Program-made: the position numbers and the translations under genes
Assembly: GCA_037381445.1 (NCBI GenBank)
Contig: JARRQT010000011.1
Span: 1-24,938, forward strand
Source: Calditrichia bacterium
GTDB lineage: Bacteria > Calditrichota > Calditrichia > RBG-13-44-9
Reading direction: 5' to 3'
Length of the DNA: 24,938 nucleotides
Shown here: in pieces, positions 16,690-24,938 of the stretch
Layout of the letters: each line of letters opens with the position of its first letter
Position numbering within the stretch: position 1 is the first letter of the stretch
Notes under the pieces: generated by a model
Seen by the model: only the letters and a program-made list of their open reading frames with translations
Database searches by the model: none
Told to the model about the DNA's origin: nothing

Positions 16690-18348
16690 TTAGAATTTTT
16701 CATCATATTTTGTCCACAATTCATCGCCCAGATCCCAGGCCCGCCGGACGACTTTATCGCCCCATTGAAGCGTGTATTGGGTCAGGAATTGACGGGCCCT
16801 CTTCGGGCTCTCGTTATAGAGCGCCATCGCCTGCTTTTCGACGTTATTCTGGTTCGCGAATAATTCCTGCTGCCACGGATTCCAAACCGCTTCGACGTCC
16901 TTCCGCATATCTCCCCAGCGCTGGGCTGTCAGCGTCCCCAGGCGATTGAATGCCCACCAGGCCGACTCGCGGGTGAAACCATTGACTCTCCCGGGCGTCC
17001 TGAAAGATTTCGGCACTTCCGTTACCGAGCAATAAATGGGTGTATAAATGGAAGTGGCCACATTATCCCAGGCCAGCCAGGCCACCCCGCCGATTTCATT
17101 GGGGAGCCACTGCCGGGCTTGTATGATGGTGGCGTACATGGTATACCAGCGGGCAATGGTGCGTTCGCCCCGCCAGCCCCAACCGCCGTTAATTTTGAAA
17201 ATCTGGTTCATGTCGTAGGGCATAAATGGATTGGCAAAAGGAGATATGACCTGATTTCCTTCCTTGTCGGCCGAAGTAATGTTTTTGACGAAATTAAAAT
17301 CGGTTCCTTCGTAATAATCCTTGAAAATGGATACCAGTTTCGAAAAGGTAACCAGTGTATCGGGCTTCACGGAAAACGGATAGTTCTCTGCATTCGGATC
17401 GAGGTGAAGAGACGGTGCCACCAGATCCAGCACCCGCCATTCCCGGCGCCTGGCTGCCAGCGAGGTGCGTCCGGCGGGATCGTAAGCGTAACAAAATTCA
17501 AACGCGCCCTGGGCCGGATTCCACCAGCCGCTGTCCTGCGCAACCTGAAAAATATTTTCGGAGGCCATGAAATAATCCGGCTGGCTGAGATCGATCTGGC
17601 GTATCCTGCTGGCATTGGCATTCACCGAGACCTCATCATCAGGTACGCGCTGTGCCGCCCAGATCGAACCGCTATTTCCCTTGCCCGGACCGACAATCTC
17701 AAAATGCCAGACCTCCCGGGGATCAGCAATTGTCAAACATTCGCCTTCATCATTCCAGCCGTATTTTTTGGTGAGTTCACCAGCCATCTGGATTGCTTCC
17801 CTGGCGGTTGAGCATCGCTCCAGCATCAAACGAACCAGCTGCTGGCAGTCAATCAGACCCTGTTCGGAATGCAGGGATTCTCTTCCGCCAAAGGTGGATT
17901 CGCCAATCCCCAGCTGCTGATCATTCATACAGGGATAGGCAGTATTGATAAAACCATGCGTACTCTCAACCTGGGGAATTTCTCCCACCGGAACATGTTT
18001 GTAGGCCGGCATGGCCAGCGCGTTATTCTCAGTACGCTTCACCAGGGTTAGCACGGCCTTCTTGCCGAATTTTTTTGGCGGCACAATATCCAGCCAGGAA
18101 CGTGTTCGGTGGCTGTCGTCGGTGTGAGAGGTGATCACAGAACCGTCAAATGAAGCATCCTTTCCGACCGTGACAGAAGTACAGCCATCGGGCCGGCCAG
18201 CCACCCAATCGGATTTTTCAGCAGAAATGTCGCCTGAATTTTGTGCTGAAGCAGAATTGCTGTAAACCATAAACATGCCCAATAATGCGGTACAAAATAG
18301 AGGGAAAAACAGTTTTCCGCTGAATCTTCCTGTAAAAATACGTGTCAT
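16690..18348 (-). CDS. Secreted C69-family dipeptidase (Ntn hydrolase)
   Basis: Signal peptide, GCTSVTVGKDASFDGSVITSH (catalytic Cys), MNDQQLGIGESTF, ERCSTAREAI, GECLTIADPREVW. ATG 18348 has a GAGGA RBS. Confidence 0.92.
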   Translation of the reverse strand: MTRIFTGRFSGKLFFPLFCTALLGMFMVYSNSASAQNSGDISAEKSDWVAGRPDGCTSVTVGKDASFDGSVITSHTDDSHRTRSWLDIVPPKKFGKKAVLTLVKRTENNALAMPAYKHVPVGEIPQVESTHGFINTAYPCMNDQQLGIGESTFGGRESLHSEQGLIDCQQLVRLMLERCSTAREAIQMAGELTKKYGWNDEGECLTIADPREVWHFEIVGPGKGNSGSIWAAQRVPDDEVSVNANASRIRQIDLSQPDYFMASENIFQVAQDSGWWNPAQGAFEFCYAYDPAGRTSLAARRREWRVLDLVAPSLHLDPNAENYPFSVKPDTLVTFSKLVSIFKDYYEGTDFNFVKNITSADKEGNQVISPFANPFMPYDMNQIFKINGGWGWRGERTIARWYTMYATIIQARQWLPNEIGGVAWLAWDNVATSIYTPIYCSVTEVPKSFRTPGRVNGFTRESAWWAFNRLGTLTAQRWGDMRKDVEAVWNPWQQELFANQNNVEKQAMALYNESPKRARQFLTQYTLQWGDKVVRRAWDLGDELWTKYDEKF

Positions 18349-18610
18349 GATATCCTCAATATATTGTTGTACTTTGAATGACGATAAATTAAAATCATAA
18401 ATAATCGGTTGAAATTCAACAGAAATGTAAAAAAGCAATTATCTCCCTGGTGAAAATGGGAAATGATGCATTAATTTGAAAAATCTTCATTATATCTTCA
18501 TTTCAAATCTCTAAAATAGTAAAGGTTGAAGTAGGAGTAAAATTACTATATGTCTTTAAATTATAATGTTTAGTTCAAATTCAGCGCCATTTAACAGGGG
18601 GAGAAGAAAT

Positions 18611-19156
18611 ATGAAACGCTTTGGTTATCTGAGCATAATGCTGGCTTTGATGATTTTATCGTTTGGATGCGGCAAGTCCGGTGAAAAAGGGCAGTCCGCA
18701 CAAGCAAGCAAAACATCCAGCGTGCTGACGCTGCAAAATTCAGATTTTCATGCCGATTTATCAGGGACCAACGAAGTTCCAGACAGCATATCCACGAAAG
18801 CCAGCGGACAGGCTTTATTCAAGTTTAACAGTGACAGTACAAAGCTTCATTATCTTGTTAATGTTACAAATATCGACAGCGTGATTATGGCGCATATTCA
18901 TAAGGGATCAGCAAGCGAAAATGGTCCCATACTGGTATGGCTGTATCCCGATACAGGGCAGCATCCGAAACTGATGCCGGGTCCGATAAATGGAACCCTG
19001 GCTGAAGGCGTTATTACCGCGCAGAATCTTACGGGTCCTCTGCAGGGCAAGACCATTGCCGATCTGAAAGCATTGATGCAATCGGACAGCACCTATGTTC
19101 AGGTCCATACAAAGCAACATCCTGACGGCGAAATCAGGGGGCAGATAAAGCCGTAA
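18611..19156 (+). CDS. CHRD domain lipoprotein
   Basis: Lipobox LSFGC, LSGTNEVP, MAHIHKG..GPI, YVQVHTKQHPDGEIRGQI. Start ATG 18611. Confidence 0.92.
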   Translation: MKRFGYLSIMLALMILSFGCGKSGEKGQSAQASKTSSVLTLQNSDFHADLSGTNEVPDSISTKASGQALFKFNSDSTKLHYLVNVTNIDSVIMAHIHKGSASENGPILVWLYPDTGQHPKLMPGPINGTLAEGVITAQNLTGPLQGKTIADLKALMQSDSTYVQVHTKQHPDGEIRGQIKP

Positions 19157-19201
19157 TTGCCTTAAAATGAAAAACCCTGATTTATCATCCAAAAAGAGAT
19201 G

Positions 19202-19236
19202 AAAGAAGGAGTTCAAAGGGGAAGGACTCCTTCTTT
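19202..19236. terminator. Stem-loop between convergent genes, probable terminator
   Basis: Perfect 11-bp inverted repeat AAAGAAGGAGT / ACTCCTTCTTT with a T-rich tract downstream on the plus strand. Confidence 0.65.
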
Positions 19237-19368
19237 GCCTTTTTATAGAAAATTGTTTTTGGGTAAATGATTTCCCACCAGGAAATACGGAATGCCGGAT
19301 GTGAGAATTTATTCGGCAGATTCAATTTGCGAACAGGTACTCCTGCCGCATCATGAAAATTATGCCTG

Positions 19369-20115
19369 CTAAAATTCCACAGCCACACCAATCTGAACAG
19401 TGAGCAGATTGGTTTCGGAGTGGCTTACCTGGTATACAACCCGATCATTCTCTCGAATAATTGAACCTTCCTTTAAATATTCTGCTTCACCACCAAGCAG
19501 ATATCTGGTTTTTAAATCGATGAAAATCCGATACAGCCCTCTCTGTCCAGGTTGAATTTTCATGGAACCATCGTATACCTGAAACATCACTCCCGCGCCG
19601 GCACCGTAACTGAAGGCAAAATCATCAAAATTAGTGGTGCTGGCAATTTCTTCGTCATATCCTCCCTGGTTATTTATCTGGGTCTGGGTGAAGAGATAAT
19701 TAAAACCGAGCAGGCCATCGAGGTAGGGTCGGACAATGCCGACCTGCGGCTGCATTCGCACCAGAAAATAACCTTGAACGATACTGTTGCTGGTTTCGAC
19801 ATTTACCCTGACTTCCGGGATATAGGGACTTAAAGGTTCCTCCCTGCTTTCGCTCCCATAAACCAGAAATCCGAAGTTGGCGCCGAAACCGATGGGACTT
19901 GGTGCCGGGGTGAAAATAAAATCGAGCCCCAAACCGAAGCCGGTATTGTCTACATTGCGTTCAAAATCGCCCTGCGGAAAGCCCATCGAAAAATTTATTC
20001 CGCCCTGCAAATGCGGCTGGGCATGGGCAGAATGGACAAGAATTCCAAAGGAAAGAAGAAGTCCCAGAATCAGAATGATCTGCCATTCCGGCCATCCGTT
20101 AGCAATTCTCTTCAT
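19369..20115 (-). CDS. Outer-membrane beta-barrel protein (paralog 2)
   Basis: Signal peptide ending AHA, amphipathic strands, RPYLDG, SYGAGAG, C-terminal beta-signal IGVAVEF, AAGGAG RBS. Confidence 0.85.
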   Translation of the reverse strand: MKRIANGWPEWQIILILGLLLSFGILVHSAHAQPHLQGGINFSMGFPQGDFERNVDNTGFGLGLDFIFTPAPSPIGFGANFGFLVYGSESREEPLSPYIPEVRVNVETSNSIVQGYFLVRMQPQVGIVRPYLDGLLGFNYLFTQTQINNQGGYDEEIASTTNFDDFAFSYGAGAGVMFQVYDGSMKIQPGQRGLYRIFIDLKTRYLLGGEAEYLKEGSIIRENDRVVYQVSHSETNLLTVQIGVAVEF

Positions 20116-20285
20116 ATTCGGTCTCCTTATTATTTAACATCTTATTTCAGATTGCTGATACGGATTTACCTTTCGCATGTTACGTTCATTTCAGGTACGG
20201 ATTGGATAAAATCAATTCCCGCAAAATAATCTGTGATTTACGTTATTGTTTTGCCTTTGGGGATGAGTCCGAATTTGGCAGTATC

Positions 20286-21038
20286 CTAAAATTCAAACGC
20301 CAGACCGATTTGCCCGGTGAGAAGATCGGTGGAAGACTGATAAACATCAAAGACCATGAAATCTCCGATGCTGCCGATGGTTCCTTTTTTCAGATAGTCT
20401 GCGCTTTCGCCCCATAAATATCTGACCTTAAGATCCAGCAGCAGTTTGGTTTTATCGGATGCATTCAACCCGCGGGAGCCGGGAACGCCGTAAATTTTTA
20501 TCATGATGCCTGCGCCGCCGCCATAGCTGAAAACCATATCATTAAAATTGGTGCGATTAAAAAATTCCCTTAAACTGTATTTGTCTCTGAAGCTGGTCTG
20601 GGTGGACAGGTAATTAAATCCAATTAGTCCATCGATATAAGGCCGGATGCATCTCTTCTGGGGCTGCAGGCGGACCAGGAAATCCCACTGCAGAATGCGG
20701 TTATCTGTCGTGATTTTTATCGGATTGCCGGAAAACACATCAAAGGGTAAATCAAGATATGCATCATATGATTCGCTGCCATAGGTCACTACCGAGAAAG
20801 TGCCGCCGAAATTTACCGGGATCTTGGGCAGGGCATAGGTGAAATCCAGTCCGAAACCGATCCCTGTATTTTTTACATTCTCCCGGAATTCACCCTGCGG
20901 AAAACCAAGCGCCAGGTTCCAGCCCGCCTGAAAATGTGTCTGCGCCCTAAGTGCGGACGTTTCCATTGAAAGAAATAACAGTATAAATAGCACAAATATG
21001 GAACATTGAAAATGCGACGTGCAGGGGTTGTTCTTCAT
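20286..21038 (-). CDS. Outer-membrane beta-barrel protein (paralog 1)
   Basis: Signal peptide, collinear similarity to 19369-20115, C-terminal IGLAFEF. Confidence 0.85.
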   Translation of the reverse strand: MKNNPCTSHFQCSIFVLFILLFLSMETSALRAQTHFQAGWNLALGFPQGEFRENVKNTGIGFGLDFTYALPKIPVNFGGTFSVVTYGSESYDAYLDLPFDVFSGNPIKITTDNRILQWDFLVRLQPQKRCIRPYIDGLIGFNYLSTQTSFRDKYSLREFFNRTNFNDMVFSYGGGAGIMIKIYGVPGSRGLNASDKTKLLLDLKVRYLWGESADYLKKGTIGSIGDFMVFDVYQSSTDLLTGQIGLAFEF

Positions 21039-21139
21039 GATATCGCTCGGTGTGAAGATGTTTTTATCCTGTAATTATCAAGTGCCGCCCCTTTTTTAAT
21101 ATTCCTCCGGCAGGATGTTCCGGGTGCATCTCCCGGACG

Positions 21140-21637
21140 TCACTCTTTGGAATGGCTGGCAGCTTCCAATTTCACAATTTCGGTCTTTCTGTCAAGAGCC
21201 TGCTTCTTAACCAGTTCGGCAACCTGATAATCCCGTTTTTCCTCTTCGCTCTCCACCAGAAGGGAGGGTACTTGCGTGGGCTGGTCATGTTCGTCAAGCG
21301 CTACAAAATTAAAATGGGCCGTGGTGCAATGCACCCGGTTGTGATCGGACAGATTTTCGGCAAATACATCCACCTTTACAACCATGGAGGTTTTTCCGGT
21401 CCATACTACCCTTGCTATGAACTCAATACGGTCGCCAATCCGGACCGGATTTAAAAAAATGATTGCTTCTGTTGAGGCGGTAACCACCATCCGATCCGCA
21501 AAACGGGCAGCAGCGATCCCGGCGATAATGTCCATCTTTGCAGTGAGCTTTCCCCCAAACATGGTTCCATGGGGATTGGCATCGTTGGGAAACACAATTT
21601 CCCAGCTTTGCACGGGTACTGCTTTTTTCTTCTTCAC
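21140..21637 (-). CDS. Hotdog-fold acyl-CoA thioesterase (YciA type)
   Basis: VFPNDANPHGTMFGG, VTAS, F..PV.IGD, TGKTSM, FVALD. GTG start with AAGGAG RBS. Confidence 0.93.
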   Translation of the reverse strand: MKKKKAVPVQSWEIVFPNDANPHGTMFGGKLTAKMDIIAGIAAARFADRMVVTASTEAIIFLNPVRIGDRIEFIARVVWTGKTSMVVKVDVFAENLSDHNRVHCTTAHFNFVALDEHDQPTQVPSLLVESEEEKRDYQVAELVKKQALDRKTEIVKLEAASHSKE

Positions 21638-21850
21638 TGGTTCTCCTTAAATTTTTCATGGGCAAGATCACCAAAAAATAACAGTAGCTGGCTTTGATGC
21701 CGGGACATCTGAGTATACAGACAGATACGCTTTCCGGCAAGAATATTTCCTACAATTCCCTGTGTTTCGTAATTTGTATTTGATGAGTTGCCATTCGACA
21801 ATAACTCCAAGCGCATGTAATCCTAATTTTGGCAAAAATGTAAAAGGAAG

Positions 21851-22687
21851 ATGCGGCTGAGCAATCGACAAGTCAGAACTTTATTGTTTTTACTGAGTAA
21901 TTTATTATTAATTTTGTTAATAGGCTGGTTTATGTCCAATATCATGGTTCGTTGGTTAATCTACCCTGCCCCGGGGGACAAGGTTCCTTCACCGCCTCCT
22001 GCGCCGCTTAGGGAAATATCTTTCCAACTCCCGGATGGTACAAGAATTTCCGGTTGGTCCTATTTTGGCTCCCGCGAGAATCCCTTTCTGCTGTATTTCC
22101 ATGGGAACGGAGACAATCTGGCGACCATGTGGGAAGCCGGGTTTTTCAATAATTTATTTAAAATGAACGTCAACTTTATGGCATTGGATTATCCTGGATA
22201 CGGGCGAAGCAGCGGAAAACCCTCGCAATCGGAAAATGTTGAAACCGGCCGGGCCGCCGTGGAATGGATCTCAAAAACATTTTCGGATCCGCTGCTTATC
22301 GTTTGCGGCTGGTCTCTGGGTGCCGCTGTGGCAATCCAGACAGCGGCTGCCAATCAGAAGGTCAGCGGGCTCATTCTCCTGAGCGGATGGTCTTCACTTT
22401 CATCTGTCGCGCGAGAACATTTTCCCGCCTGGCTGGTTAATTTTCTACTGCCGGAGCATTATGATTCAAAAAGAGCAGCGCAAAAAATTCATTTACCGGT
22501 TCTGATGATGCATGGCACATCGGATACGGTGATTCCGGTGACAGAGGGACGACAATTGGCCCGCAGTTTTCCGAATTCCGTCAATTGGATTGAAGTTCCC
22601 GGCACTGGTCACAATGACCTGCTTTTATACCCTTCGGTCTGGAGAGAAATTCGGGATTTTATCGATCTATTCCGGAACAAGAACTAG
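21851..22687 (+). CDS. Membrane-anchored alpha/beta hydrolase (ABHD13/17, Bem46-like)
   Basis: N-terminal TM, LYFHGNG, DYPGYGRSSGKPS, nucleophile GWSLG, HGTSDTVIP, GHNDL: Ser-Asp-His triad intact. Confidence 0.93.
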   Translation: MRLSNRQVRTLLFLLSNLLLILLIGWFMSNIMVRWLIYPAPGDKVPSPPPAPLREISFQLPDGTRISGWSYFGSRENPFLLYFHGNGDNLATMWEAGFFNNLFKMNVNFMALDYPGYGRSSGKPSQSENVETGRAAVEWISKTFSDPLLIVCGWSLGAAVAIQTAAANQKVSGLILLSGWSSLSSVAREHFPAWLVNFLLPEHYDSKRAAQKIHLPVLMMHGTSDTVIPVTEGRQLARSFPNSVNWIEVPGTGHNDLLLYPSVWREIRDFIDLFRNKN

Positions 22688-22891
22688 ACACTTTCCGAAA
22701 TTTGTCTGCCGGCCTGATACTTTAGCCCTATTAATTTCTGAATAGAGAAATCCTAATTAGAATCCCGGGTATCACCGCAATTTGCCTGATTCCTCACATG
22801 TACGAATTTCTTTGTCGGTAGATTTAGTTCTGCAAGTCTGTGACCTTGCCGCGCAAAAATTGAACTCTCTGAAGGCACCCGCCTTCTGCGA

Positions 22892-23371
22892 TCAGGCAGG
22901 CCAGGCGCCCAGCAGTTTCCGGATGACCACCATCTCACCGATGTGATAAGCGTTATGGTCGGCTACCAACAGCGCCTCCCGCAGGATGGTTTGCCCTTCT
23001 CCGTGAGGGATTTTTTCATATAGATCGTTTTTCGAATCGGCCACCATGTCCTGCATATCCTTTAAATCCTTCTGAAATGCCTTAACGCTTTTATCCCATG
23101 CTGAACTGTCTGGCGGTGTCTGGCTTTTCGGCCAATAGCCTTCGGGCCAGGGCGGGGAAACATAATTGGGATCGCGGCTGAATTCCAGAATATCATTCTG
23201 CGCCCGGCGCAGGTGTTCAAGCAATTCCCAGGCAGAATAAGGGGCGTTTGCCGGCCGTTTCCCTCTTAATTCTTCGGGGAAATTTTTCACCGCCTGGTCA
23301 AAGTCCACATGGGCACCGCGGCCCTTGAGCAGATTCAAAAGATGATCGCGCAATGCTTTGTCTTTATCCAT
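22892..23371 (-). CDS. DinB/YfiT-like four-helix-bundle protein
   Basis: SAWELLEHLR and HNAYHIGE histidine triad, WPEGYWP, GGAGG RBS. Confidence 0.9.
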   Translation of the reverse strand: MDKDKALRDHLLNLLKGRGAHVDFDQAVKNFPEELRGKRPANAPYSAWELLEHLRRAQNDILEFSRDPNYVSPPWPEGYWPKSQTPPDSSAWDKSVKAFQKDLKDMQDMVADSKNDLYEKIPHGEGQTILREALLVADHNAYHIGEMVVIRKLLGAWPA

Positions 23372-23475
23372 CTAAGCCTCCATCTATTGTTATATGAGTA
23401 TTTTTTTATTTGAGCAAAGTGGTTGATTCCCTGGTGCGGATGATCCGAGAGTTTTGCATGTGAAGGAAGCTATCA

Positions 23476-24027
23476 TCAGATATCCGCTGCATGCAGTTCT
23501 CCTCCCAGCAATTCGTTTATTCGGATAAAAAAGAGGTCCCTGCTCTGCTGAATGTGCAGGGCCTCCGCATATGATACGAAGGTCCGATCACTGGTTTTGT
23601 ATCTGTCCGGTATCACCTGCAGAACATAGGAATTGGGATTCTGCTGCCAGAACCAGTCCGCCGATCCGAACTGAATCATTGTGGGAGCGATATCGGGAAC
23701 CTTTGCCAGGAGCCGATGCAGCATTCTTCCCCGCCCGCTGTTTTCCAGACATAAAGCCAGATAGGCAAGTCTGTAACTGATTATACCCGACTCTTCAGGG
23801 GGGAGACGATTCAGATTGTGATCATTCTGCTCGGGGCCGCATACAAAATGTCCATAGCAGCTTTGTAATGTGAAACAGTGCGGCACAAGCCTGAATTGGT
23901 CAATAAGCCCCCGTATGGGTTCATCAATCGTCTTAAGATCAAGCTGATCCAGAGCAATTTGCCGCATATGCGAATAGATTTGACTGTCAACAAACTCTTT
24001 TGCTTCTGTGAATGTCTCCATTTGCAT
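23476..24027 (-). CDS. Conserved hypothetical protein with TYW3-like N-terminal motif
   Basis: GAGGGG RBS, IDEPIRGLI..FTLQSCYGH. Co-oriented with both neighbours. Confidence 0.7.
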   Translation of the reverse strand: MQMETFTEAKEFVDSQIYSHMRQIALDQLDLKTIDEPIRGLIDQFRLVPHCFTLQSCYGHFVCGPEQNDHNLNRLPPEESGIISYRLAYLALCLENSGRGRMLHRLLAKVPDIAPTMIQFGSADWFWQQNPNSYVLQVIPDRYKTSDRTFVSYAEALHIQQSRDLFFIRINELLGGELHAADI

Positions 24028-24145
24028 GTATTCCCCTCTGTGAGAGATTCTGAGTCAGTGGCACATCATCGGGTTGTCACCGGTAATGTGCTTTGGGCTG
24101 GGTGTCTTGTACCTTGTCCCGTTTTGTGCTTTTAATCCGAGAAAG

Positions 24146-24916
24146 TCACTCGGAAACAATGACCGTCGTCTTATCCAGGCCGGTATTGACATGCTGGGCA
24201 TCAAAAGCATAAGCAGTGATTTCATAGATACCGGGTCCGGCGGGCTTGAAAACGCCCTCGAAGGTGCTGGCCTGTCCCGCATATGTCAAAGGAATGGTAT
24301 CCGTTACGTGCCCGTCCCGGCTGATCAGTGCGGTTATCTCATATTGGGCGGAATCCCATACGCCTCCCGGGGACACCGGACAGCCGCACATCATTGCCAG
24401 GTTGATGCGTATGGGGATGCCGTCCGGCACCTTCGCCAGGCTGATCTCCTGGTGAGCCTGCGGAGAAAGAATGTCAACGGAAAAACCGGGGATCTCGATA
24501 AGGATACCATCTCCGGTGATATTTTTTCCGGGAATAAGCCAGAGCTGCGTGCTGCCCATGACCATGGATTGGCGCTGGGCCATGGGAGCATATACTTCCA
24601 CCGTTACAAAAAGCGGTTCTGTCAGGTCCAGCGTTATTTCGTATTTTGCCGCAGTTTCATTTGACAGTTGCATTCCCCGTGTGAATGGTTCCTGCATCAG
24701 TTTACGGGTGTCGCCGGTACCGCCCGAGGTATATCCCCTGGCCAGCACTTCACCCGACTCCGCCGCGCGAATGACTACCAATGCACCGCCCATGGAGGTG
24801 CCGATGAATTTGGCATCCTTGGCCAGCGCCCTCACCACAACTTTTGTGGGAGTGGCATGCAAAAATCCGATAGAAAGAGAAAGAAATAAAATAACAAATT
24901 GTGCTGCATGCTTCAT
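24146..24916 (-). CDS. Exported hypothetical protein with MMCGCP motif
   Basis: GGAGG RBS, signal peptide MKHAAQFVILFLSLSIGFLHA, DAKFIGTSMGG, GGTGDT, MMCGCPVSPGGVWD, beta-rich. Confidence 0.85.
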   Translation of the reverse strand: MKHAAQFVILFLSLSIGFLHATPTKVVVRALAKDAKFIGTSMGGALVVIRAAESGEVLARGYTSGGTGDTRKLMQEPFTRGMQLSNETAAKYEITLDLTEPLFVTVEVYAPMAQRQSMVMGSTQLWLIPGKNITGDGILIEIPGFSVDILSPQAHQEISLAKVPDGIPIRINLAMMCGCPVSPGGVWDSAQYEITALISRDGHVTDTIPLTYAGQASTFEGVFKPAGPGIYEITAYAFDAQHVNTGLDKTTVIVSE

Positions 24917-24938
24917 GACCTGCCTCCTGTGCTGAAAT

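Noticed and set aside
21119..21137. Short hairpin TCCGGG-N7-CCCGGA after the thioesterase stop
   Set aside because: Only a 6-bp stem and no U tract on the relevant strand.
21638..21850. Small ORFs in the divergent thioesterase/hydrolase gap
   Set aside because: They overlap each other and real genes, have no clear RBS, and the region is better explained as a divergent promoter.
22688..22891. 204-nt gap between convergent genes as a possible ncRNA or repeat
   Set aside because: No stable stem-loop, repeat or known RNA motif was recognisable by eye.

Overview
Bacterial chromosomal window with no rRNA, tRNA, CRISPR array or mobile element that I can detect. Positions 1-14480 (+) hold part of a flagellar gene cluster: the probable 3' end of fliR, then flhB, flhA, flhF, flhG, a small membrane protein and fliA (sigma-28). 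A co-oriented accessory block follows: a small charged protein, a stand-alone HDOD protein, a GAF histidine-kinase-like protein, an exported TPR/TM protein with a duplicated SwrB/DUF6115-like tail, a FliK-like protein, a REC histidine-kinase-like protein and FapA/DUF342. The main observation is that both kinase-like proteins keep the phospho-His but have degenerate ATP-binding boxes, and FlhG also has degenerate catalytic motifs. This suggests a pseudo-enzyme-based flagellar control module. Candidate sigma-54 and sigma-28 promoters lie inside the block. Positions 14527-24916 are mixed housekeeping and accessory genes: acpS, an EVE protein, a ROK kinase, a C69 dipeptidase, a CHRD lipoprotein, two tandem paralogous outer-membrane beta-barrels, an acyl-CoA thioesterase, an alpha/beta hydrolase, a DinB-like protein, a TYW3-like protein and an exported CGCP-motif protein. 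The organism is diderm. A Calditrichota/Ignavibacteria-like origin is my unverified impression only.
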